A stretch of DNA of 28,069 nucleotides, from positions 1 to 28,069 of IMG/VR virus record IMGVR_UViG_3300024259_000128. The stretch is one strand, 5' to 3'. The notes beneath the pieces are model-generated. The model was not told where the DNA came from. It worked only from the letters and a program-made list of their open reading frames with translations, and made no database searches. Position numbers and translations under genes: made by a program. This DNA is from a virus. Its lineage: Duplodnaviria > Caudoviricetes. This document shows, one piece after another, positions 1 through 6,433 of the stretch (positions are counted from its first letter, which is position 1; each line of letters begins with the position of its first letter).

Positions 1-121
1 TGGCTATGGCTATGGCTATGGCTCTGGCTCTGGCGATGGCTATGGCTATGGCGATGGCTATGGCGATGGCTATGGCTATGGCTATGGCTCTGGCGATGGC
101 TATGGCGATGGCTATGGCTAA
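1..121 (+). CDS. 3' end of a Gly-X (X=Y/D/S) repeat protein, truncated by the window edge
   Basis: Frame starting at base 2 reads GYGYGYGSGSGDGYGYGDGYGDGYGYGYGSGDGYGDGYG then TAA at 119-121. GxG-repeat tails of this kind are common on small phage proteins. Confidence 0.75.
   Translation, partial: GYGYGYGSGSGDGYGYGDGYGDGYGYGYGSGDGYGDGYG
2..121. repeat. Hexanucleotide tandem repeat GGC(TAT/TCT/GAT), 20 units
   Basis: GGC recurs every 6 nt from 2 to 116; the last unit ends in TAA. Confidence 0.95.
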
Positions 122-268
122 ACAATCATAGTCCCCACCTCCTGTTGCGGGGCTGGCCGCCACCTCGTTAGGCTTAATCGGTAAGCCGGGCATGGGGACG
201 CGAGCATTGAGTGTCCGGTGGGGGAATTTTGCTGAACGGCGGCATTAACCTTAATTTATGACGAGGAA

Positions 269-292
269 AATTATGTGGATAATTATGTGGAT
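269..292. repeat. 12-bp tandem duplication AATTATGTGGAT, creating two TGTGGATAA (DnaA-box consensus) sites
   Basis: Copies at 269-280 and 281-292. TGTGGATAA at 274-282 and 286-294 is the reverse complement of TTATCCACA. Confidence 0.85.
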
Positions 293-518
293 AATTGCGA
301 TGTTGGTTTTTTTCGCTATTGGAGTAATCGCCCTGGTTCGGAATGAAATGATTTGCAAAATAAGGATCCAATTGATTAATCATCTATTCGACAATTTCGC
401 AGGGAATTATCCCCAAAACTTTAAGAGTTACCCAAGCTATGATGAAATGCTTTGGAAACATTTAACAAAATGGACGTTTGAATCATTTCTTAAATCTGAG
501 CACCGGGGCGAAAAGTGA
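273..518 (+). CDS. Small hypothetical protein with an N-terminal transmembrane helix
   Basis: Track ORF 258-518; the ATG at 273 follows GAGG at 263-266. Hydrophobic stretch MWIIMWIIAMLVFFAIGVIALV. Stop overlaps the next start (GTGA). Confidence 0.65.
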   Translation: MWIIMWIIAMLVFFAIGVIALVRNEMICKIRIQLINHLFDNFAGNYPQNFKSYPSYDEMLWKHLTKWTFESFLKSEHRGEK

Positions 519-1153
519 AAATCTTAGTGGCATGTGAAGAAAGCCAGGCGGTTACAAAGGCTTTCAGGGAACAAGGGCATAAGGCTTTTTCTTGTGATAT
601 CGAGCCTTGTTCCGGGGGGCATCCCGAGTGGCATATTCAAGGGGACGTGACCCCGCTTTTAGAGAAAAAGTGGGACATGATTCTTGCTTTTCCGCCCCGC
701 ACTTACTTAACGAATGCTGGAACAAGGCACTTTTCACGTCGGGTAAACCCCGAATGGAAAGTGGCCAAAAGGGAAGCTTTAAGGCGGGAGGCTTTTTATT
801 TTTTTATGCAATTCGTGAGGGCTCCTTGCGCCCGGATTGCTATTGAAAACCCGGTAGGATATGTAAATTCCCACTATCGAAAACCGGATCAGATCCTCCA
901 TCCCTATTATTTTGGCGATCCAGTTAAAAAAAGAACGTGCCTATGGCTTAAGGGATTGCCGAAATTAAAACATACCGATGTTCTCCCTGAACCTGAGCCG
1001 GAGTTTATTTCCCAAGGGCCGCTTACTAAAGGCAAGAAAATTGGATGGTGCGAGGGAATACGAAATACTACCGGAGGACAAAAGGGACGGGCTAAAGCTC
1101 GATCAAAGACCTTCCCTGGTATAGCCGCCGCAATGTCAACCCAATGGAGATGA
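515..1153 (+). CDS. Phage DNA cytosine-5 methyltransferase-like protein (catalytic Cys replaced by Arg)
   Basis: MKILVACEESQ..CDI SAM-binding start, H-IQGD, motif IV position AFPPRTYL (usually PPCTYL), IENPVG (motif VI) and K.TCLWLKGLP, all typical of short phage C5-MTases. Confidence 0.85.
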   Translation: MKILVACEESQAVTKAFREQGHKAFSCDIEPCSGGHPEWHIQGDVTPLLEKKWDMILAFPPRTYLTNAGTRHFSRRVNPEWKVAKREALRREAFYFFMQFVRAPCARIAIENPVGYVNSHYRKPDQILHPYYFGDPVKKRTCLWLKGLPKLKHTDVLPEPEPEFISQGPLTKGKKIGWCEGIRNTTGGQKGRAKARSKTFPGIAAAMSTQWR

Positions 1154-1163
1154 AAGGGAAGTA

Positions 1164-1583
1164 ATGGACAGACAAACGCAAGATGGATGGCTCTGCGCGA
1201 CATGTCGCAGGGTCTTTGAAACGCCGAAGGGGTTAGGGGCACATAATTGCGTAACCCCTGATGAGGGTCCGGTGGCCGAAGCTGAGACGCCATCGACCAA
1301 AGAGTTGGCGAAGATGATTCACCGAAACGCTGTCAAAAAGGGGTTTTGGGATAACGGAGCCAATATTCCCTATATGTTGGCTTGGACCCACAGCGAAGTA
1401 TCCGAGGCGTTTTCGGCGTATCAGCGCGGAGACAACGAAAACCTCAAAGAAGAACTTGGGGACATTGCCACTATGGTATTCGATATTGCGGAAGGTCTTG
1501 GTTTTGATATTGGGGCCGAAATGGTCAAGAAGCATAAAATAAACGTGACGCGCTCACATATGCACGGCGGAAAGAGGTACTAA
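1164..1583 (+). CDS. MazG-like nucleoside triphosphate pyrophosphohydrolase with an N-terminal zinc-finger-like motif
   Basis: HSEVSEA...EELGD acidic metal-binding pattern of all-alpha NTP-PPases, KGFWD, and C-terminal N..R.HMHGGKRY. N-terminus has CATC-x12-H-x-C. Confidence 0.8.
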   Translation: MDRQTQDGWLCATCRRVFETPKGLGAHNCVTPDEGPVAEAETPSTKELAKMIHRNAVKKGFWDNGANIPYMLAWTHSEVSEAFSAYQRGDNENLKEELGDIATMVFDIAEGLGFDIGAEMVKKHKINVTRSHMHGGKRY

Positions 1584-2065
1584 TGTTAAAGAATGGTTGG
1601 GATGTAAAGCAGGCATTTACTCAAGATCGCGGGCCAGGGTTATGGATAGCAATCACACCAAAGGGGAAGGTTATCTACCCATTCGTGACGGAAGAACGCG
1701 CCATCCACTACGCTGAAAATGGGGCCGGGCAGAAGGTGGACCCGCTGGACACGCAAGTAGGTGGGAGCCATTACAAGGGGTTGGCAATACAGCCGGGGAT
1801 TTTCTGCGAACTCAACCGGCTCACCCTCTTTGAGGGAAATGTTGTAAAAAGAATTTGTCGGTGGAGACTGCCGGGTGGGGAGGGGATCGAAGACCTGAGA
1901 AAATCCCAACATGAAACCGAGTTGATTATACAGACGAAAGAGAGAAGAGAAGAGCTTTTGGCCCAATATCGCTCGATGGCAAAAGAATTGGAGGACGGCC
2001 GGCCGGGGAAGGAAGGATGCGTAGCCATTACGGCAAAAAAACGAGACAGGTTAAAAAGGAGATGA
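1583..2065 (+). CDS. DUF3310 / SaV-like (T7 gp1.7-type nucleotide kinase-like) domain protein
   Basis: QVGGSHYK...IQP...EGNVVK...R...EDLRK pattern; TAATG coupling to the upstream gene. Confidence 0.75.
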   Translation: MLKNGWDVKQAFTQDRGPGLWIAITPKGKVIYPFVTEERAIHYAENGAGQKVDPLDTQVGGSHYKGLAIQPGIFCELNRLTLFEGNVVKRICRWRLPGGEGIEDLRKSQHETELIIQTKERREELLAQYRSMAKELEDGRPGKEGCVAITAKKRDRLKRR

Positions 2066-2071
2066 TAGAAT

Positions 2072-2248
2072 ATGGACGCGCGAAGAACGAGAATTATAGG
2101 AGATCATATCGTCGCAGAATTTTATTGGAATGGGCATCTTGTCGTGTATGTAGATAATAAAAAATGCGACATAGACACAACTTTTCTTGAAGCCTGTCGT
2201 GGAGTCGAAGCGACAGTAGGCACTGAGCATGAATTAGTCATGGATTAA
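2072..2248 (+). CDS. 58-aa hypothetical protein (below the ORF-track cutoff)
   Basis: AGGAGA at 2057-2062, ATG at 2072, MDARRTRIIGDHIVAEFYWNGHLVVYVDNKKC...LVMD, TAA at 2246-2248. Fills the gap in the operon. Confidence 0.6.
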   Translation: MDARRTRIIGDHIVAEFYWNGHLVVYVDNKKCDIDTTFLEACRGVEATVGTEHELVMD

Positions 2249-2259
2249 CTGATTCTTTA

Positions 2260-2771
2260 AATAAAGGAAACCCGGCATGGAAAGGAGGGAAGTTGAAATA
2301 ATCATCTTTGATATGGACGGAACGCTGTCAATACTGGGGGACCGCCTCAAATATCTACGGCAGACTCCGAAAAATTGGGACGCTTTTTATTCGGCTGTTG
2401 GTGAGGACTTGCCGAACATACACATTCGAGATTTGTACAACGCCCTTGCGGATCATTATAGAATAATGATTTTAACGGGCCGTCGTGAATCTTGCAGGGA
2501 AGAAACCTGGGAATGGTTGGAGGTTCATGGATTTGATACTCCAAATTTTCTATTAATGCGCCCGAGTGGAGACCATCGCCACGACACAATTATAAAACCG
2601 GAGCTTTTAAAGGAGTGCCTAAAAAAACATAAACATCAAGTGTATGCCCCAACTCTTTTTTTTGAAGATCGAAGTAGCATGGTTAAAAAATGGCGGGAAT
2701 TGGGCTATACTTGCCTACAGGTTGCGGATGGGAATTTTTGATACACGCACAATAAAGGAAACCCGGCATGG
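2260..2771 (+). repeat. 21-bp perfect direct repeat AATAAAGGAAACCCGGCATGG flanking the phosphatase gene
   Basis: Copies at 2260-2280 and 2751-2771. Confidence 0.9.
2277..2741 (+). CDS. HAD-superfamily phosphatase resembling the 3'-phosphatase domain of T4 polynucleotide kinase
   Basis: Motif I FDMDGTL, LTGR, LLMRP.GDHRHD..IK, FEDR..MV..WR.LG..CLQVA.GNF. No P-loop kinase domain is present. Confidence 0.9.
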   Translation: MERREVEIIIFDMDGTLSILGDRLKYLRQTPKNWDAFYSAVGEDLPNIHIRDLYNALADHYRIMILTGRRESCREETWEWLEVHGFDTPNFLLMRPSGDHRHDTIIKPELLKECLKKHKHQVYAPTLFFEDRSSMVKKWRELGYTCLQVADGNF

Positions 2772-2795
2772 GAGAGAGTGAGAACCCATGCCGGG
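2751..2795 (-). terminator. Intrinsic terminator at the convergence of the two transcription units
   Basis: 11-bp perfect stem CCCGGCATGGG (2762-2772) / CCCATGCCGGG (2785-2795) with a 12-nt loop, followed on the minus strand by TTTCCTTTATT. Confidence 0.65.
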
Positions 2796-2852
2796 CGGTG
2801 GTCTGGCAGAAAGAATAACCTATACTAAATCGAGCTGATTGTCAACCTTCTT

Positions 2853-3407
2853 TTATCCACGGAACATTTTGACCAAACCCGCGAGTCCACCGGAATTTGT
2901 TGGCTGGCCCGTAATTCCCGCATACCGGGCTTTCTTTTCCCTGAATCGCTTCCCGAAATACGATAGAACTATTGTGGCCGGAACGGACAATATTGAGGCA
3001 ACCAACATGGTACAGTCTTCCAACTTAATTGTATCCATCCAGACCCCACGGAATAGGCATAATATCAGACCGGCGTCCGCGAAGATAATCAAGTTTGCCA
3101 TCTTGTTCGATATCTTTGGTCGGTTACTGCTCCCACTCGAATCAGCATCCGCAAAAGACCTCTGGATTTCTCTCCAATTGTTGCTTTCCGTTATCTCAAC
3201 GTCAAGCTCCTTTGCGAACAGCTTAGCCCGTTGATCCGGCGGTAAAGTTTCAGCGGCTGACTTGATATCATCTCCGGTCGCGGTGGCTGGTAGTTTTTCC
3301 CCGGACGGCAAAAATTCATTCACCAAATCAATAATCATTCCGCCACCTGGGACTACTGCCTTCACGATGCTGGACCCTACTTTCTTTGCGATGTCGAATA
3401 TGTTCAT
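2853..3407 (-). CDS. Putative holin (GTA / 3TM-holin-like)
   Basis: ATG at 3407 with GGAGGA upstream. Amphipathic N-terminus, RP motif before two hydrophobic segments, and LSYFGKR..EK near the basic C-terminus. Lies near the endolysin. Confidence 0.65.
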   Translation of the reverse strand: MNIFDIAKKVGSSIVKAVVPGGGMIIDLVNEFLPSGEKLPATATGDDIKSAAETLPPDQRAKLFAKELDVEITESNNWREIQRSFADADSSGSSNRPKISNKMANLIIFADAGLILCLFRGVWMDTIKLEDCTMLVASILSVPATIVLSYFGKRFREKKARYAGITGQPTNSGGLAGLVKMFRG

Positions 3408-3409
3408 AT

Positions 3410-3568
3410 TTAAATTCCTCCGCATCCATTCGGAAACATTTGTTCGTAGTTTAACCACCTCACATATAAATGATTACATTTGGGACATTCCGTCGCCCCC
3501 TTTAAAGCTGCTTTCCATGAATAGCGGCATAGCAAACATTGATATTTCGCGATCTTTGATTCTGCCAT
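3410..3568 (-). CDS. 52-aa zinc-ribbon protein (not in the ORF track)
   Basis: MAESKIAKYQCLLCRYSWKAALKGATECPKCNHLYVRWLNYEQMFPNGCGGI; CxxC-x13-CxxC; AAAGGA upstream; stop ends 2 nt before the holin ATG. Confidence 0.7.
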   Translation of the reverse strand: MAESKIAKYQCLLCRYSWKAALKGATECPKCNHLYVRWLNYEQMFPNGCGGI

Positions 3569-3643
3569 GCCCTACCATCCTTTTTTAATCTAAGACCCGT
3601 CACGGGCCTTTGTGTGTGCCAAAAATGTAACGCGCTGGTATCG

Positions 3644-4012
3644 TTACCAAATGCACTCTTGGGGTTTCGTCTCGTCCAAATCGGCGTGAATGAACGTTGG
3701 GTAATCCCCAAATCTCGTGAATCCGACCTTCATCAGACTTTCCATTATTTTGTATCGGGCATATTTATCTTTAACGTGGAGATCGATGGCGTTGCATTTC
3801 CGATCCTCGGGATGGTCTTTAATGAGATGGCTGGACCATGGCTTTCCGCCCACATCTTTATTGTGCTCCACACATCGGCAACAAGAGTTGACAATGAACG
3901 GAACGCCCGCATACTCCCTGGCAAGGTTCAGCCTGTTCCGGAAATCCGCATTAATATTAATCTTTTTGCAACAAGGACATGCAAGCTCTTCGTCTGTGAA
4001 ATATTCTTTCAT
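3644..4012 (-). CDS. Endolysin, peptidase M15A family (Zn D-Ala-D-Ala carboxypeptidase fold)
   Basis: YF..EELACPCC, NS.CRC..HN..VGG...SSH, AID and FIHAD zinc-ligand motifs; ATG at 4012 after GAGGA. Confidence 0.88.
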   Translation of the reverse strand: MKEYFTDEELACPCCKKININADFRNRLNLAREYAGVPFIVNSCCRCVEHNKDVGGKPWSSHLIKDHPEDRKCNAIDLHVKDKYARYKIMESLMKVGFTRFGDYPTFIHADLDETKPQECIW

Positions 4013-4037
4013 GGCTTCCTCTTCTTGATTTAAATGG

Positions 4038-4403
4038 TTAACCCGGTGGTGGTGGAAGTGAGACATCCATCTTCATTGCCATCCGGTTCATAAGGGCAAA
4101 ATAATATTCTCCATATTCCCGGGATTTTGTCCGTTGATTTTGGATATCTACTATTGATGCTTTTATATGGGATAGCTCTCCACATATCAATTTCATTTGT
4201 TTAGCCTCGGATTCTTCGATTTTCCTTTCCAGTCTTTCAAGGCTAATATGAGGCTTCCCCGCACACTCCTTTTGGACGTTAACGCAGTCTCTTTCCAAAA
4301 CATCTACCCTCACTTTTAGGTTTTTGAATAACAGCAAACAAAGTCCGGCTATCATCGTGGCACATACTGTAATAAGGGCAATCAAATCTTTCAACTCAAT
4401 CAT
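4038..4403 (-). CDS. Single-TM protein with coiled-coil region (holin/antiholin-like or other lysis accessory)
   Basis: N-terminal hydrophobic helix LIALITVCATMIAGLCLLLF, heptad-rich remainder, PPPPG tail; directly upstream of the endolysin; ATGA-coupled to the upstream gene. Confidence 0.55.
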   Translation of the reverse strand: MIELKDLIALITVCATMIAGLCLLLFKNLKVRVDVLERDCVNVQKECAGKPHISLERLERKIEESEAKQMKLICGELSHIKASIVDIQNQRTKSREYGEYYFALMNRMAMKMDVSLPPPPG

Positions 4404-5380
4404 CTTTTGTATCTCCCCAAGAGATGGTTTTCATCTTGTCCAGTGGCCGAAATTAATTGAGCCCTTGCCGCATCCCAGCACGTGAAAGAAAATTTTTTAA
4501 ATTTTTTGTCAATCAACTTTAATATAACATCCCGAAGGAGGCTCTTGAATTGACCTTCTGTCAGATCGTTGATGGGAAGAAAAATATACTTTGTCGGATC
4601 AATTTCCCGTTGTCTGAATCGACTTATCAGTTTGTCTATTCCGTAAAAGTTTCTGTTATTGGCAAAATACATTACGCAGGTTCCTTCTTTCCGAAGGATA
4701 AAGTCAAGAATTGTAAATTTCAATGAATTACGAGCAGGCTTTATTAGCAAACCGCTTTTTGTATAATCAAACTTTTCCCCACTGATATTTGATAATCCAA
4801 TAATCGGCAATATCCATACCCACAATCCAAAAAAAACAACGAATACAGCCGATAACCAAATCCAAACGGTAACCGGGCTTGTGCTATTTGCCGCAAAGGA
4901 CATGTGATATAAAACGGGGAATACTTTTTTTAAAAAAACTATCAGGAAGTTAATTAAATTTGAAGCAAAAAAACATATCCATAGAAATCTTTCACGTTGA
5001 TAAATCTGAGAAACACTTCTGAGAATTTTATACAAAATAAAAATAAAAAAGAATTCCCGGGATAACTCAATTGACCGAAAAACAAGCCAGTGGTTCGTGG
5101 CATTTAAAACCCAGACCTGTAGAGCGAGCTGGCACACAAACGCCGGCACAATTATATCAATATGCCGAACCATTTTTTTATAGCTCAGGAGCAATACCAG
5201 CCCGCTCATGTTATATCCGATATCGAAAAGAAGAGTATATGTGAATTTTGCGACACTCCCCGATTCATGCGTGGCCACAAATCCATTCGCCCCCAGGATT
5301 AAAAAATATAAATCCGGGAGGAACCCGAACATATGAAACGAAATAAAAACGATCAATATGTGGATCTGGCCACGGCTCAT
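4400..5380 (-). CDS. Polytopic membrane protein (about 6 TM) with a C-terminal soluble domain, function unknown
   Basis: 326-aa ORF with GGAGG RBS; repeated hydrophobic segments over aa 1-195 and a basic soluble C-terminus; very AT-rich. Confidence 0.75.
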   Translation of the reverse strand: MSRGQIHILIVFISFHMFGFLPDLYFLILGANGFVATHESGSVAKFTYTLLFDIGYNMSGLVLLLSYKKMVRHIDIIVPAFVCQLALQVWVLNATNHWLVFRSIELSREFFFIFILYKILRSVSQIYQRERFLWICFFASNLINFLIVFLKKVFPVLYHMSFAANSTSPVTVWIWLSAVFVVFFGLWVWILPIIGLSNISGEKFDYTKSGLLIKPARNSLKFTILDFILRKEGTCVMYFANNRNFYGIDKLISRFRQREIDPTKYIFLPINDLTEGQFKSLLRDVILKLIDKKFKKFSFTCWDAARAQLISATGQDENHLLGRYKR

Positions 5381-5719
5381 TTAACGATTCCCTCCACCGC
5401 CCTTGAGTCCAATAATGGCCTTAATTTTATGGAAGATACTAAAGTTTACCAGCTTTCGACCACCGTATTGTTTGTCTTCAACAATACGAACGTTTTTAAC
5501 AAATGTTAACGCTTCCGAAACCATCTCTCCTTGTTGTGTCGTCACTTGGACTAAACAGCCACGGGGCGTTTGCATAGCTTTTGTGCTTTTCATCCATCCT
5601 TCGTTTTCACTGGATGCCTTTGCCAAAAGCCGAAACAAATTCGCATTTCCAAATGTCTTTATATCAGGAACGTTCTTTTTTGCACTATTAAAATCTGAGT
5701 TGATTAACGTTTTCGTCAT
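5381..5719 (-). CDS. Conserved hypothetical protein (ASS..EGWMKSTKAM / GC.VQVTTQQ type)
   Basis: 112-aa ORF with GGAGG RBS. The motif is one I recall from uncharacterised phage and bacterial proteins (not verified). Confidence 0.75.
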   Translation of the reverse strand: MTKTLINSDFNSAKKNVPDIKTFGNANLFRLLAKASSENEGWMKSTKAMQTPRGCLVQVTTQQGEMVSEALTFVKNVRIVEDKQYGGRKLVNFSIFHKIKAIIGLKGGGGNR

Positions 5720-5745
5720 TATCTGTTCCCTCCTCCCCCCAAAAT

Positions 5746-5898
5746 CTAAGCAATCAGATCAAACGGATCATCTTCAACCGGGGTCACAATTTTCACCTTT
5801 TTTTTGTCAATATCAACCCCATCAAGGGGGCCAGCCATTACCACTGTGCCAAATGCCATCATCAGGCATAGGGCGCATACTGTCATGAGTTTTTTCAT
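5746..5898 (-). CDS. 50-aa secreted peptide precursor (not in the ORF track)
   Basis: AAAGGAG RBS, ATG at 5898; MKKLMTVCALCLMMAFGTVVMA|GPLDGVDIDKKKVKIVTPVEDDPFDLIA, TAG at 5746-5748. Classic n/h/c signal peptide with a V-x-A cleavage site. Confidence 0.7.
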   Translation of the reverse strand: MKKLMTVCALCLMMAFGTVVMAGPLDGVDIDKKKVKIVTPVEDDPFDLIA

Positions 5899-5916
5899 AC
5901 TTCTCCTTTCTTTTGG

Positions 5917-6414
5917 TTAATAAGGATATCCCAAATACATGTCTTTCCATCTCATTTCTTCGCCGTCATAATAATCAATCCACCGATACATTTCGACTTT
6001 TCGTTCTTCGAGTGAATCAAGCCGTTGTTTGAGGGTTTCAGCCTCACTCACATTCGGGTAATTTTTTTCACCAGACACCGAAATTGGAAAAACGAGAGGC
6101 GCCCCATACATAGCTTCATAACTAACGGACCCGTATATATGGACAAGTGCAACTTCTGCGGTTTCAGCCCCCCAATTAATGTTAACCCTCCCGCGTTCAG
6201 AAATGAAATAACCTTGCCCGCCTATGCGCCCAATGTAAAAAGGCCGACTATACTCGCGGTACCCGATAATATTATTATCCCCGTCTCGGAAAACTACCCT
6301 ATACTTATCCCAATCTCCCAATGGTACGTCCGGGAGAGGGTCAGGGGGAGGCTCCTGGCTAAAACATAAAGCAGGCAATAATAGCAACAAAAAGATCAAG
6401 CATATCTTTTTCAT
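5917..6414 (-). CDS. Secreted/periplasmic hypothetical protein
   Basis: ATG at 6414 after GGGGAG; signal peptide MKKICLIFLLLLLPALCFS, Pro-rich linker, beta-rich body and a short C-terminal coiled coil. Confidence 0.7.
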   Translation of the reverse strand: MKKICLIFLLLLLPALCFSQEPPPDPLPDVPLGDWDKYRVVFRDGDNNIIGYREYSRPFYIGRIGGQGYFISERGRVNINWGAETAEVALVHIYGSVSYEAMYGAPLVFPISVSGEKNYPNVSEAETLKQRLDSLEERKVEMYRWIDYYDGEEMRWKDMYLGYPY

Positions 6415-6433
6415 AACCGTTTCTCCCCTAAGA

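Noticed and set aside
1-121. CRISPR array or telomere-like repeat
   Set aside because: The period is 6 nt with no spacers, and it reads as an open Gly-X frame ending in TAA.
160-245. Complete tRNA gene
   Set aside because: A D-arm-like hairpin is present but there is no TTCGA T-arm, anticodon stem or matching acceptor stem.
2260-2771. IS element or attL/attR pair
   Set aside because: No transposase, integrase or terminal inverted repeats lie within or near the repeat-bounded segment.
3590-3646. Stop-codon readthrough or recoding at the endolysin end (IW-TAA-RY)
   Set aside because: All catalytic motifs precede the stop, and TAA, TAG and TGA all end tightly coupled genes elsewhere, consistent with the standard code.
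5917-6414. Spanin or lipoprotein call for the secreted protein
   Set aside because: PALC is a poor lipobox and there is no nested or overlapping o-spanin ORF.
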